Of a stretch of 64,000 bases of DNA, positions 1 to 15,479 are shown piece by piece (the first letter of the stretch is position 1; every line of letters begins with the position of its first letter). The notes beneath the pieces are model-generated. The model worked only from the letters and a program-made list of their open reading frames with translations, made no database searches and was not told where the DNA came from. This DNA comes from the human T2T-CHM13v2.0 reference genome, Homo sapiens. The DNA lies in the NCBI RefSeq assembly GCF_009914755.1, contig NC_060927.1; one strand, given 5' to 3'. Both the position numbers and the translations under genes were made by a program.

Positions 1-440
1 TACATGGCAAAGTGAAGTTAAGGTTGCAGATGGAATTAAGATGGCTAATCAGCTGACCTTAATATAAAGAAATTATCCTGGACTACCCCAGAGGGCCCAG
101 CGTAATCACAAGGATCAAATGTAGTAGAATGAGGCAGAAGGTCAGTGCCAGAGTGACGCAGCCTAAGGAAAACTGGACCAGCCACTGCTGGCTTTAGAGA
201 CAGAAGGGGGCCATGAAATGAGGAATTCAGGGAGATTCTAGAAGCTAGGAAAGGCAAAGCAAGGAAATGGATTTTCCCCTAGAGCCTGCAGAAGAAAGGC
301 AGCCCTGCCAAAATCTTGATTTTAGCTTAGTGAGACCCATTTCAGAGTTCTAATCTCCAGCACTGTAAAATAATAAATTTGTGTTGTTTTAAGCCACCAA
401 ATTGTTGGTAAATTGTATTACCGTGATAGAAACTAATACA
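1..440 (+). mobile_element. MLT1D/MLT1E-like MaLR solo LTR (5' end outside window)
   Basis: MLT1 motifs 'ctaatcagctgacctt...attatcctgga', 'ctagagcctgcaga', poly(A) signal 'aataaatttgtgttgttttaagccac' and terminal 'aactaataca' at 440. Confidence 0.85.
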
Positions 441-845
441 GACCCTGGTATATTCATGTGATGATTTTAAAATTAAATGTAAAGGTTCTACTCCTCCGAT
501 AATACTAATTAATACTAACATATTATTGTCATAAATATGAAATACACCCTTGGACTAGTCTTTATGCTATTACATATCATCTTACCTCGAAATCTACACA
601 CATACACACACACTCATAGCTTGGATTCATTCCTTTATCATTCATTCATCTCCTGAGCAAATTTTTTATATTATCTTAAAAGCTTCCACTCATTCTAAGT
701 ATTCTGATCTTTTACAGAATGTTTGACAATGACATTTCTCTAACTTTCCATTACTACCCGTATCATCTCCTCAGTTCTTCTATTAAGCCTGACCAAAGTA
801 CGCTCCTGACACCAGATTCTCCCTGACATAAAAACCAGGGGAGTT

Positions 846-1337
<492 letters not shown>

Positions 1338-1857
1338 CTACTGCAGAATTCTTGTTCAGGGTGAGTGAAGTAATCACAAAACCACAAATTCAGAGCCCAG
1401 AACCACATACATCTTCCTTCTCACAGTCTCTTCCTGGGCTTCTCCTTCAAACCTTACATATCTAAAATGTAAGACTACTGTCCCTTCCTTGAACAATGAG
1501 GTTACTTGGTCACCTTCCTAACAGTAAATTTAAATGCTTCCAAAATTCTGTACCATCTAGAATCCCCTGACTCTCTTCAGAAAACTTTCTGGTATCTCTC
1601 CCTAGACCAAAACAAACCAAATGGACAAATAAAAGCAAAAAGAAATTCTCCACAGTGCATCTCATTACACATGCTTACTAGAATATTTATGTAGCTTTAA
1701 GCAATAATTCATACCTCCCAATGTGTCTCATTTGTATTATTATCTCAAAGTAATTGTGTGATTTGTTACCTTTTTCTTTTAATAAAACATTTCATTTCCT
1801 CATTATGCTACCTATATAAGGCCAAACAAGTTTCAGAAATAAGGCAATGCTTCATGG

Positions 1858-2177
<320 letters not shown>

Positions 2178-3119
2178 TTATGTCTTTACTCACCCTGTTC
2201 ATGAAGGATAGTGTTTAACAGTTGAAAGTTTAAGAGTGTCCTTATCTTTCTTTCCTACATTGTTGTGGAAACTTTCAATGGTAAGTAAATTTTCATTGCC
2301 AAGCTTAATTTTCAAATAGCTAAAAGCATTTTACAAATATACAATATATATATCAAAGACTTATTTATTTCACAAGTGAGGCAACCAGGAGGATGATAAA
2401 GCTGGTTCAAATAGCACTTGAGAAACAGAGATTCATATATCCTGTCAAAGAAGATCTGCTGAAATAGGCTTGCTAAGTTAGAGAAGAGATGGGTTAATCT
2501 TCTACAGGACAATTAAACTATAACCATTGGGGTTATCTATTCATTTGCATCTGTACTAGAAAATTTCTTCTCTATGAGACAAAAATCTACAAATTAACAT
2601 GTCAACTTCATAAAGCCTGGGCCATAATCAATAGTAATCAATCAGTAGTAATAAAACAAGGATATATTCTCCTAGGAAATTAAATAATCCTTGGGTGGGC
2701 TTGTTAAACAATGCTCAGGTATGATGTTGAGAACACACGTCCTGCTTTTGTTTTATTGCCACTTTTAAGGTGATTTTTCTTATGAGAATTAGATAAGACC
2801 TCTTTTTGTATCCATACCACTCTTTTCCTGGGTTGCTTTCTTCCCCAATTAATGTTTTGAATTTGTACATCTTTGGTCTGCTTTTCTATTAATGGTAAAA
2901 TAATTCACCTAATAATTTTTTTAGTATCTTCCATTTACCACGCTGTGTTCTAGATACATTTGTATAATAATTTATATTTCAAAAAGTACCTTCATCTCGA
3001 GTCTTATTTTTCTTTCAAGTTTAAAGAGATATGGGTACTTTAGTAAGAACTGAATAAATTCAAAAATTTATTACTGAGTAATTAGATTTTAGATTAATAT
3101 AAAATAGTTACTATTTGTT

Positions 3120-3240
3120 TAATTCTCACAATAACTTTAGAAGGTATATTTTGTTGTAGATCAGGAAACCGAGGCTCAAAGAGGGGATTTTCCTTATAAG
3201 TGAGCAGATGGGTTTCAAAGCTGGTATTTTTCTCTAGGCC
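3120..3240 (-). mobile_element. MIR fragment
   Basis: MIR core 'aggaaaccgaggctcaaagagg'. Confidence 0.55.
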
Positions 3241-3807
3241 TCACTATTTTAAGCTATTTTTTTTTAAAAAGCATGAAGATCAAAGTTTTTAAAGTTTAGG
3301 TTTATCTTATTTATACTTTAAATGCCAGTCTGTGATAAAAAGCTGAAGACACAATTCAAAACCACTTGCTAAATAAAACTCTTTTAACAGATAGGTCTAT
3401 AAAATTAGAATTAGGGTAAGATTCTATCCCCACAAATAATTGCTAAAATGCTGGTCTTTCCTGACACCCATTAAATCTGTACCTTTCTGTGAGATTTACG
3501 GCCCAATAATGTATAATTTTATTATTGGATTTTAATTATCAATTCTGTGTTAATTAACCTCTCCAGGTGTCTCTCCTGAGGTTGGTGTCTCACAGTCCCT
3601 AGAAACAGTCTTTTTTTTTTTTTTTTTTTTAAAAAAAGGTGGAGGAAGAGGTAACTGCTGAATAAATAACTAGATTTCATTAAATTCTAAGAATGATTGA
3701 TGATTTCATATACATTGAATGGCATATACATTATTTATAAATATTCAAGGACAATATACTAGAATACAAAAGATAACAATAGAATGAAATGTGAATTCAG
3801 CACGAGA

Positions 3808-3955
3808 AAGTTGAGGTTCAACTGTAATTTTGAGCAAGGAATTTACTTCATCTCTATTAACCTTACTTACATGTCAACTGAGATTGTCCTGAGTAGTAAG
3901 CTAGATAATGCATGAGGATGTGGTTGTAAACTTTACAAATGTCAGGTGTTATTAC
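3808..3955 (+). mobile_element. MIR fragment
   Basis: 'ttgagcaaggaatttacttcatctct...agataatgcatg...ttacaaatgtcagg' resembles the MIR core and 3' end. Confidence 0.5.
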
Positions 3956-3984
3956 CTCTAGGACATACCCTCCCACCACATTGA

Positions 3985-4338
3985 ATTTCTTTTATGTCTT
4001 TAAACTTTCCATGTTCTCTCAGTGTAGGAGACTTGTACATGCTCTGCCTTCTGCCTGGGATCCATCCACAGCAGTTTCTATTCTCTGTCTCCTACTATTT
4101 TAAAGATGCCCACTTAGAGCACTTCTGGAAATTTTCCTCCATTCCCCATCCTGAGTTGCCGATAAGACCTCTCCTTTTTCCATCAGAATATATGTCACTC
4201 TGTTGTCTTCTTACTTGCCCATCTCCACCATTCACATTAAGCTCTCTAAGAGACAGGATCACATCTATCTTCTCTCCCCACCACTTAGGGCAGTCCATAT
4301 TGTATGGTAAATACTGAATAAATCTTTGTGGAATGAAT
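3985..4338 (+). mobile_element. L2 3' fragment
   Basis: 'taagctctctaagagacagg...aataaatctttgtggaatgaat' matches the L2 3' terminus. Confidence 0.55.
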
Positions 4339-5852
4339 TTTAAACTGCCAAGTAGCATATTTCCACCTCGTTACATCTAGGCAAAGTGTATTCAGCATCT
4401 AATACTACATAAGTAGTGTCTATGGGATTTAAATGATATGGTCCCCACTCAAAGGAATTGAAGTATTAAGATTTAGATTAAAAAATTACAGAATAAGGAA
4501 AGCATGTTTATGAGTAAATAGTGAATGCACTACAAAGTATTCATGTAGATAAGGGAAGTGTTTTATAGGAAGTAGGAAAGTTTCAGGCAAGCTTCCATAA
4601 TCGCCCCAAATCATCAGTATTAAAAACCATAAACTCAAACAGACTACTCCTAACATCACACTGAGGCTACCTTTGGGAAAAATGACAACTGTGAGTACAC
4701 AGAAGCGTCACAGAGGAGGTAAAGGAGAATGTTTCGTTATGGTCACTCTTTGGCATTGTTTTCATAGAGCCTTTGTTTCTGAGGTTAAAAGGTTTGATCT
4801 CAGCAAATACTTTGTCAGTTCATTATTTTTACAGGAGGAAATCTTCTAATATATTCTCTGTGCTTACTGCTTTTTAGTTCCAAACAACTTTCCCAGGAAG
4901 GCCGCAGATTCACCAGAACTCCCCATTCACCTTGGTACCATTGTATTGCTTTGAAACAAGCTCTTCTCATTGTGGCAAGTGCTGAAAGCAAATTTAGTGT
5001 ATTTGATTCAGACCTGTCCTTCATTATTTTGGCAATAGGCCTAACTAAGTAAATTTATTATTATAGCTTTAAAATGATTATAAGACCTGAAAAGGAAAAA
5101 AAAACTGATTTAAAGCCATTCCTTCCTGCAAGGATTTTGATAAAACAATCACATTAGTAAACTGTGTTGGGTATTTTGTACTGATATCCATTTACAAGCA
5201 CATACATCAAAATGTATACATGCATTTTTATTTGTGAATATATATGCATATATTAAATTACACACACACTTCATGTATGTATAATATACTTTGTCCATCT
5301 GTTTGGATCATTCCTTATGTAAATGGACATCAGTACATACCTGAGATGCCACAAGGTACTGTTTTATAACATCATAGCACAAATATGCACGTAAAACTGA
5401 TAACATCATCCTTACAAAATGAATTATGTTGCCAAAGTAAAAAAAGTATAAAATACAATGTTAGCATATCTTCATCAAAAAGAGTTAAAGCTAAAAATAA
5501 ATAAATAAAAGTTTATCTCCTAATTACAGGATTGCACTTCAGAAACATCAAACATCCCAGTTGCAGATTAACTGCGTGGGCCTAAATGTTCCATAGTAGA
5601 TATTTGTTCCTTTTCTTGATTTCTTCCCTTCCACCTATATAACATTGGAACTGTATAAAGAGAAGTAGACTTGTAAGGTTATTATTTAAAATATTCTGTC
5701 CCTGAATGGACCAGTTTGGTATTTTGTAACTATGCTCTCTAATTTTTAAAAAATCACTGGTACTAAAAATACCGATTTGCAGAAACTGCCTAGTACATTA
5801 GAATCTGCAACAGAGGGCCTGACAATCAGTACTTTGAACAAATGTCTAAGGT

Positions 5853-6013
5853 CAATACTTCTCAAATGTTAATGCTCAAACTAATCACCTAGGGAACTTG
5901 TTAGAGTGTAGCTTCAGACTCAATGCATCTGCAGTGGCACCTAAAATCCGCATTTCTAGCAAGACCCCAGGGAATATGAAAAACACTGGTTACAGGACCA
6001 GACTTTGAGTAGT
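5853..6013. mobile_element. MER5 (hAT-Charlie) DNA transposon fossil
   Basis: 'cttctcaaa...aatcacctagggaacttgtta...gcatttctagcaag...gaccagactttgagtag'. Confidence 0.7.
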
Positions 6014-8970
6014 CAGCTCTAGCTGATGGTGACCATAAGGCATGATTAGGAAGTAGTAGTCTAGTCATTAGTTCTCAAAGTGTCAGATACTAATTTGCTT
6101 AGGTAAACAATTTGGAGTCAAAGTTATTTTACTAGTAATATTAATTAGTTTACAAAGATGAAGAAGAAAAAAAAAGACTTAGGAAGAAATACTGTCTTCT
6201 TAACCTGTTGGGTTACTGTTCCATACACCTCAGCTAGGCTAGTTATGGTAGAACTGAATAAATTGTAATAGGCATTTCTTAGCTCCATAGTTTTCTATAA
6301 CTTCTATAGCAAATAAAACTTTATAATTATTCTCTGTTTGGTTGATTGATGGATTTTCTTGTTCTTGTTGCATAATTCTCAAAAGACACGTTTATTTCCT
6401 TTCGTAGATTCTTTCAGTCCATATGTATTGTGTACATACTGAACTAAATGGTATTGGGAGTTGCAAAAGTAAATAAAACACTATTCTTATCCTTCAAAGC
6501 ATATAGAGTCTGTCCAGGAGAAGAAACAAGATACGAACTCAAATATCCTAATTCAAGGTAACATGTTATGTCATTGAAACAGAAACACCAGGGCTATTGT
6601 TACAGGACTTCAGAGGAATGTGAAATTATTTCTTAGTGCAGTGCCAGAGCACGACACAAATTTGAACCAGGTCTGTCTTACCCATAATTACCACACTGTG
6701 CTGAAGACTGGAAACACTGGGGCCCAACTGTCAATGCTACAGGACTCTGAACTTGTCCTCAGGCAACAGGGTGCTGGCAAAGGTGTTTGTTTAAGCCTGA
6801 CAATCATTCCTTCAGTCCTAAGTTTAAAACCTCAAGCTTCTCCTTGAGGCTAATCAGCTGAGTTTTTAATGGGCCTTACGGGATCAGTGTTGAATGAATA
6901 CAATTTTCAATATGTCCACTTAACATTCATTTCTCTGCTGCGTGATTTTCATCTGTTGACATCATTCCCCCCAAAAATATAGTTTTTAATTATATGTCTT
7001 TTAATCCTAAAACTTTTTTAGTTTATTTAGTCACTTTTTAGCACATAAAAGAAAACTGATATGAGACAAAGTTGTCATGTGGTATTTGGGAATTGCATTC
7101 AATTTGTTTTGCTCTATTGAATTATGACTATTATTATTATATAAAAAAGACTATAAGAGAATAATATAAGGCTATTTCTGACATAATTCAAAATATGCAA
7201 AACAAACAAATCTAATTTGTGTGAACCATTTTGACTCACAATTATACTTTTACAAGAAGCCTTAAAAATAAGTTATCAATTCAAAGGAAATTATCCTAGC
7301 AAGGAAACATTATGAAGCAATTTACCGGTTCTATGACTTAGAGAAAAAAAATTTACTTTTATTCTGTATTATGCACCTAAATCTGCATTATTATAAAAAT
7401 GGACCATTAAATCATTTCATGAAATAGTGAATTGTGGGTTTTGTGCATAAAGCAATGAGTATTTATGGAAGAAAATATATGCAAAATTTGTATTGCAGAA
7501 AAGCAAGATGCCATAACATCTCAGCAATATGATCATATATTTTTAAAATCGTTATTTATGGTTCACCTGTATATTGAGATAAAACAGAAGGAATACATTT
7601 TTAAGGACCAATGCCCCATTCCCTTCCAAAATTAATCATCATTTGAGTTTTCCAAATTATAGACAAATAATAATGTTTGATTTTGACATTGTTAACCATG
7701 GGTTTGTACTGCAACCATGTGTTAACCAAGCAAAGTCACCTATCAAAAATAATAACAATTTGAGAACCGATTCCATTACATTTATACTATGACGGCTAAA
7801 CTATCACATTGAGAGCTGGCCCCAAAAAAGTGTGATGCATACTTTGGATTTGGCACTGAGTCCTAGGACACCCAATTATTGTGATGAATGCCTACTTTAT
7901 ATGTCTTTAACATCCTTTAAAAAGTGATAGAAGGAGCTCTTGTCAATGCTGAGGAACATGAAGGGCAGTGAACAGGGTCAACACACACCAGTTAAGGTAC
8001 TCAGAAATTCTTTGAATCATTCCCAGTATATGCTCAATAAACATCTGTGGATGGACCAATTCTGTACAAACTTCATGCTGACAATAGTTCTTCCAGCAAC
8101 TGTACATAATCCAGGTCCTCATTCTGCTGCATGGCTGTGGTTTACTCTGGCCATTCCTCTGCCAAATGCACAAAGAAGCCTCGTCAGGTAAAACTCTTCC
8201 AACTCTCTAAATGTAAATGACTGGCCTCCAGAGAGGTTATCTATCATGCATTATGAAGACAGCCCTAGACTTCTCTGTGAAAATATGGAACTATTATAAA
8301 GACACAGAAACCACAGGGCATTATGTTTTTCACTTTCTTTTGTAAAAAGGGTCCCAAAGGAGGAGTGTGGGAGAAATAGAAAAGTCACAGAGGAGGTACA
8401 ATCATAAGTATGATTATTTCCACCATATGTTTGCATTATTTCTACCATATGCCTAAACATATGGTAGAAATACCCATACTTATGATTATACCTTCTCTGT
8501 GACTTAGCGAAGAAACTGTCTTTATTTAAGTCTTTATGAAGTTGTAGTAATAGTTGGAGAAGCTTTCTCAATTGCTTTATTATAAAGAACAAAACTGGGA
8601 AGATACATTACCATAAAATAACATCAATTTATGGCAGTTATTAGAGGTTACCTTGCAGAATCAGTTACCAAAAAAAAAGAACCAAGAAATTTTGCACATT
8701 TAGTAATCATAACTAGAGATGTGATATCACCATCACTGGATGTCATTGTAAAGAAGCCTTTGAGCAGTCATTTCAAAAGTCATTATAATAAGCAGTTACT
8801 TTAAGGAAGCCATGAATATCCACCCACAGAAACAATGAAAAAACAATAATGCTACTGTTATGCATATGGATTATTGTAGCATACCATCATTATCTCAACT
8901 TAAAAACAGTATTCTTAGTCTGTAAAACTTGTAGATGAATCAAAAAAATGGCTTTAAAACTGATTTGTTA

Positions 8971-9404
<434 letters not shown>

Positions 9405-9451
9405 TTATACCAATATAATAAATTTATCTACATTATTTAAAGTTTTTATTT

Positions 9452-9560
9452 CCATGAGAGTGAGATATTTGTATATTTTGTTTACTTTTGGACCTCATGT
9501 GCATCAGACAGGAATCGACATATTGTGGGCATGCCGTAAATATTTACCGAATGAATAAAT
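9452..9560 (+). mobile_element. L2 3' end
   Basis: 'ccatgagag...taaatatttaccgaatgaataaat'. Confidence 0.55.
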
Positions 9561-9679
9561 ATAGTTAGTTTAAAACTTTTCTTTAATCTATTCACTAGGA
9601 AAAAAGTAAATTTCACAATAATAATATAGTCAAACATATGTGGTAATACCTTGTTTTTTTATATGAAACAAAATCTATA

Positions 9680-9870
9680 TTTTTATTAATTTATATAGAG
9701 AGAAACAATTATAGATTCACATGCAGTTGTAAGGAATAATACAGAGATCCTTTGCACACTTTGCCCAGTTTCCTCAGATGGTAATATTTTGCAGAATTAT
9801 AGACTATTATGACAATAAGGATATTAACATTCATATAATTCACTGATCTTATTCAGGTTTCCATTCTACT
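9680..9870 (-). mobile_element. L1MC-type 3' end fragment
   Basis: 'tagattcacatgcagttgtaaggaataatacagagatcc...cccagtttcc'. Confidence 0.7.
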
Positions 9871-11744
9871 TGTTGAGTCTGAGACACGGATTCATGAAGG
9901 AACAAAAGTGAAAATAGTTTTGTATTAAATACTTTTGTATTAAAGACATGTTAATGCAGTCATTAGTAACAGCTGTGTAATTTTTTTCTTAATCACTCTT
10001 TAAAAATGTTAGTATCATCCTCAAAATGCCTAAGTTCTCTGATTAGAAACATATAGGATGAGCTGAACCTATTAAATCGATTAGGTAGAACATATATGCT
10101 TTTATAGGCAAATATTCAATAAACAGATAACATGAGCCCTTCAAAGTTTATTCTCCTCTATTGTTTTAACAAAGAACAATGGGCTTTTCTGCATTCATGG
10201 AAGCACTAGTTTGGAAATAATTCTGTGTTATGGGCTAGGCCTATCTGCTTGATCAAGTTGGAAAGATTGCCTGCTGACTAGTAAAATTAATGAAGTGAAT
10301 TCACACTTGGGACTTTAGAGAAGAAGAAAATATTCTGATCTATAGTTTTCTCACCAATAATGAAAAAGGGGTTGAAGTGCTCTATAAAGACCATTTAGCT
10401 CTAAAATTTCTATACTTCTAAGCTACTTGCCAGCATTTCCAGTGCATATAAAATGAGATTCTTTACATAATTGGCTGGTTATGTCTTGTACCTTCAGTAC
10501 TTACCCACTTAACATTATTCTTTACTGTGATATTTAAAAAGTTCCATAAGTAATTTCCACTAAAAGCCAATTATTACACACCCGCACTTACAAAAAGCCT
10601 GTGGCTCTCTCTCATATTGCACAAAGCTGCAAAGAGTCCTGACTGCCTTCTCCTACTTGTACAATTTAGTTAGCATGCTCTTCAGCTCCAGTAGTTGTCA
10701 CAAAAATGAGCGAGGCTCAATTTCCACATAGTCACTGAAATGATCCTTTTCATGTTAAACTGCTTCCAGGGTGCCAGTCTGGAAGGCAGATCCTATGTAT
10801 TGAATATCTAATTTTCCCCATGGAAAGTTCTGTGTACCATGGGGAATCCAGAAAAATAGGCACAGTCCTTGAGCAGTATATTCTGAGACTGGAGTTTCTC
10901 TTTTCATATTTGGGTCTCTTTTTTAGACTATCAGTAACATTAGTTACATAGAAAAATAAACAGGGAGAACGTTGCTTGGCATAATATGCTAGGGCTTTTA
11001 CAGTAATAACTCTTGAATTACATGGGGAAATTGCACTAAATGAATTCTAGTGTCTCTTTCAACTGTAAAATTTCATGATACCATCCTTTTTTGCCATCTT
11101 AAATAATGAAAAAAAACTGATGTATCAATACATGAAGCTTCTTTCTCAGACCTTCATTCTTTGGCCATTATTTTTATATTAGTAATGCCTGTCATACCTT
11201 CTCTTTAGGTAACCTTCAAGACTTACATCAGGTTTGCCTTCTAACTACGTGTCAGGTCCCGACGGGTGATTCTTTCTCTTCTCTGTTCCCATAGCAAGGT
11301 GTACACACACTGATGCTGTAGCACTCTTCATGTGTTTTTTTGACAAGTTAGCTTTTTTCTCTTCATATAACATTTGTATACTCATAGTTTATCAATCGCC
11401 CAATAAATTTATGTTGACTGGAATTTTAGAAATATTGACACCTGGTACAAAATTTAATCGGAATCTCTCATTTAAGAATTCCATTCTACCTGACTATGTC
11501 AATATTTTTCACTGTTCTAGTTGATTTTAAGGCCATTTTAAATTAGTGGCCATTGATGAGGCACCATGAACTTCAACAACAGCAACTGCAAACAGCACAC
11601 GCAGTGAGTTAATGAGAAGAACCACCATCAACATAAGCATATCTACTAATTTCTTCCCAAGAAGAAAAACCAAATAGCAACTGTAAGAATGATTTTTTTA
11701 ATCTTTTTAATCTTTGACCAAACTTTAATCTGTATACTCAATTA

Positions 11745-11980
11745 TTGATTGGAAAGGTAAGTAGAAAAAACATAAATGTGGGGCTCCAACATATCAGAGT
11801 TCAAATTCTAGTTCTACCAATGACTGACCATGTGAAGTTAGGAATATTTAGGATCTCTAAGACTTTGCTTTCAGGTTAATAAAATGATAATTGTAATCCC
11901 TACTTTGCATAGTTGCACTCAAGATTTGAGGAGGTAAAGCTGCTGACAAACAGTAGGCACTCCTTAAATGATAGCTATGA
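11745..11980 (+). mobile_element. MIR
   Basis: 'gttcaaattctagttctacca...taaaatgataattgtaatccctactttgcatagttg...cagtaggcactc'. Confidence 0.65.
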
Positions 11981-12284
11981 TGGCTATTTCTCAAATTGCT
12001 CTTAAAAGTTTACTTGGTTCTTGGATATTGTTTCAAGGAAGTGTGATCATAAATTATGGAAAATAAGACTTATCTATATTAATGCATTCTTTTCAGAGGA
12101 TGTACATGCTGATCAAGTTTAAATGCATCTTAAATATTCAATAGATCTTTTGCTATTGCCATGCTACTCTTTTATAGCATTAAGTAATTATACTTTGAGA
12201 TATTTAGATTTTTAAAAATAGAACAGTAATTAAACTCTTATCCATGCTGAATTCATTGATGAATAAGTTAAAATTCCAGGGACA

Positions 12285-12589
12285 GGCCGGGCGCAGTGGC
12301 TTATGCCTGTAATCCCAGCACTTTGGGAGGCCGAGGTGGGGGGATCACCTGAGGTCAGGAGTTTGAGATCAGCCTGGCCAACATGATGAAACCCGTCTCT
12401 ACTAAAAATACAAAAAATTAGCTGGGCGGGGTAGCAGGCACCTGTAATCCCAGCTATTCGGGAGGCTGAAGCAGGAGAATTGCTTGAACCCAGGAGGTGG
12501 AGGTTGCAGTGAGCCGAGATATCGCACTGTTGCACTCCAGCCTGCGCAACAAGAGCAAAACTTCAACTCAAAAAAAAGAAAAAAAAAAA
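12285..12589 (+). mobile_element. AluSq/Sp-like element
   Basis: Full dimer with diagnostic 'caacaagagcaaaact'; TSD core cagggaca on both sides. Confidence 0.95.
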
Positions 12590-14484
12590 CAGGGACAATC
12601 AAAGAATGTCAAGAGGTGGCTCTCTTTGGGGAACTGTGTCCTATCTGGCCAATCTTGCGGTAGGATTTCTAAAGAAAGTTTGAGGGAATATATGTCATTG
12701 TCTTTATGAGGCATGTTCCAATTCATCAGAAATTCGTCAGAATGAACTAAAAACTAACAAGCTGGTTAGCACAAGTTGAAGGTCATTTTCAAAATGGTTT
12801 AATTTCACCCGTATCAATAGGCAAGGTTTAAGTATCTGGTCCCTTCTTACCTCACCATATTAAGTAAAGGCTTTCTCTTCCAGTTTCCCACCCAAATTAA
12901 GCACATGTGAACTGTTGGCCATCAGTCAAATTTCTGCTTGTTCTTTGATGCACTTTTGAAACGTGATACATTTATCCCTAGAGAGGAAAAATTTGAATCC
13001 CTCCTGCCTCTGTCACTTAGGTCAAAATTAAATTAATTATCTTTACCAAATACAGACTGTTATTTGCATGTTACTTTTTTAGTGAATAATATCACCAAGT
13101 AGCATCAACATAAAAACCTGAAGTCCTCCTAGATTCTTCTCTCTCTCTCTCTCTCAGCTTTTTCTCACCTAATTGATGAATGAATCTTGAACATTCTACT
13201 TCTTGTTCCTTCCAAAAATAAAGTGATGAGAAGACGCAAAGATAGCTACATGTAGAGATTGGGATGCCTACAAAAGGGGACACTGGCATCTATCTCTCTT
13301 TCTCCAGCCAGACATGTTCTGAATTGTTGAATAATGATTTCCATTGCTGCCATGCAATTTGCATGAAGCCTTATGACAAAGTTCTTGGGAAAAATAATGA
13401 TGTGTGTTCCTTCAAGCTTGTAGGCAAACATGAACAATGAAACACTTACTTTCTCATGGTCTTCAGAATTCTAAAGGCCAAAAACTGAGTAGCCAGGAAT
13501 AGTAGCATAAAAAGAAAAGACACTAATGGGAGCTGCACTTTCAACATTTGTTGGCAAATATATATATCACTTAAGGTGGCTGAATTTGAGCCATCTTGAA
13601 TTCTCTCTAACAGGCTCTCTGATAGAGTGAAGAGTCTCTAGAAGTATGTGACAGATAACCAAGATAGGCCTGAGGAGAAATGGTGGGGAAGAAGGCAGGC
13701 ATGGAAGACCAGCTCAACAGGGCATCACCCAAGTCAGGAAGTGTACAGTATACACAGCTTCATAAAGGGCTTCTAATGACCCACAGATGTATACCCAAGA
13801 AGGCCTGGGTTTACATGTGTATTGAGGCCATTGAACAATATTTTTGTAAGATTATAATTCTTCTCCACTTACTCCCCAACCTCCATGGTCTGTGTGTGGA
13901 ACAGCCAGTAGCAGAATGGTACTAACAAGTTGAAGGAAGAGTGAAGAAAAAATCCATGTCTTCCTTTCATACTTAAGGTCCCAAAGTCAAGGGATAAAGT
14001 GACTTCTGGAGAAAAGAAATGCTTGTAATCAGGTTGAAAATGAAAGATTTTAGGTAAACTGGCTTGGGATTTTTAACACCTATGGAATCTACCCAAAAAA
14101 CTACCCGTGGACCCGAAAGTATGATCCAACCAAATATGTTTAAGGACCTTACTTGGAGGAACAAGAAGCCATTTCTTACATATACCAATTCAAATTCAGA
14201 GTCTGTTCAATAAAATATCAGCTTCAACAATTATTGTTACTGTGGTGGTTGTGGTAGTGGTGGTGGTGGTTGTTACTGTTATTGCCAGTAGCGATAGCAG
14301 TAATATCTATTTCTTCTATGTGGTAAAATTTTTGAAGGCAGAAAATGCCTTTGGTTTGTAACCTTATAACTTAATGCAAGACCAAGTTAACTAATTTTTT
14401 AATATCTGCTTAAGTATCTCATGAGACAGGAAAATGTGAATAAATTTTGACCCTGCTTCATCCTTAACTTGTTAAAGAATAAAA

Positions 14485-14620
14485 ATTCATTCAGTCACTC
14501 ATTCACAAACATTTATCATATGCCTACTACATTCCAGAAAGTATACTAGACACTGGAGTACAATTATAAGCCAAAGAAATGTGATCCCTGACCCCATGGA
14601 CCCTGTAGTCTACTGGGAAA
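14485..14620 (-). mobile_element. L2 3' fragment
   Basis: 'cattcattcagtcactcattcacaaacatttatcatatgcctactac'. Confidence 0.65.
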
Positions 14621-14717
14621 TTCAGGAAGTTACTGGGCACCTATATTACACAATAGGAACTGATATGAGGAAAGTCTATAGGAACACTTAGAAGGGACAC
14701 TTAATTCACACTGTGAT

Positions 14718-14780
14718 ATGGCCACTGAACCTAAAATATTTACTACCTGGCCCTTATATAAAAAGTTTGCTGACCTCTGA
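14718..14780. mobile_element. MER58 terminal fragment
   Basis: 'cctaaaatatttactacctggcccttatataaaaagtttgctgacctctg'. Confidence 0.6.
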
Positions 14781-14794
14781 GCTAGAAGTTTGGT

Positions 14795-15080
14795 TAGGCT
14801 AGAATGTCCAAGATGGCCACATTTATACATCTGGGAGTTGGTCTCAGAGTTGGGTTGCCTCCCTTTTCTTCTCCATGGCCTCTTATCCTTAAGTAGGCTT
14901 CTCCATGCTTCTTCCGAACATGATGCTTGCAGGATTTCAAGAGTGTGAAGGTACACTTGCAAGAATTCTCAGAACAACATCACTATAATCACTTCTATTG
15001 GACAAGGTAAGACATAAGACCAGTCTGCATTCAAGGAGCTGGACAAATGAACTTTCTTATCCGTTAGTGGGAGGAGTAGA
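14795..15080 (-). mobile_element. Old MLT1 (J/K-like) LTR fragment
   Basis: 'gtccaagatggcc...tcacttctattggacaag...cattcaaggag...gtgggaggag'. Confidence 0.5.
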
Positions 15081-15479
15081 AATACTGTATTTATTCCCCT
15101 TTGCAATAGTAATTGTACTGTCAGCAGTGTTTCAATCATACTACATAAATTTTTATATGTTTGTGATTTTATTATCTTAACTATCTACCACATTCAAGAG
15201 TAAAGTTCTTGCATCTTGATTGGGGTATAATTACAAATGTGTATACTCGTGTAAGTTTTTTGTCCCTACTAACAAAATCCAACTTAAAATTATCCATTTA
15301 AAGGCTATTTTTGTCTATTTATAGCTTTCTGTTCACAATGGCTAACTTTTAACAAATATTAAAGTCTTATTTTCTTTCCTTTTAGTTTATATCTCAAATC
15401 ATCATAAGGATTTTGGTTTCTTATGGAGAATACAGTCAAATTAATGGTTCTTGAACTACTGCTCAATTAAAACATCTAC

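Noticed and set aside
7691-7727. Imperfect gttaaccatgg...ccatgtgttaac hairpin
   Set aside because: Short and bulged; too small for a pre-miRNA and compatible with chance.
8251-8592. 113-aa minus-strand ORF
   Set aside because: Non-ATG start, no recognisable domain, no supporting exon structure; expected by chance.
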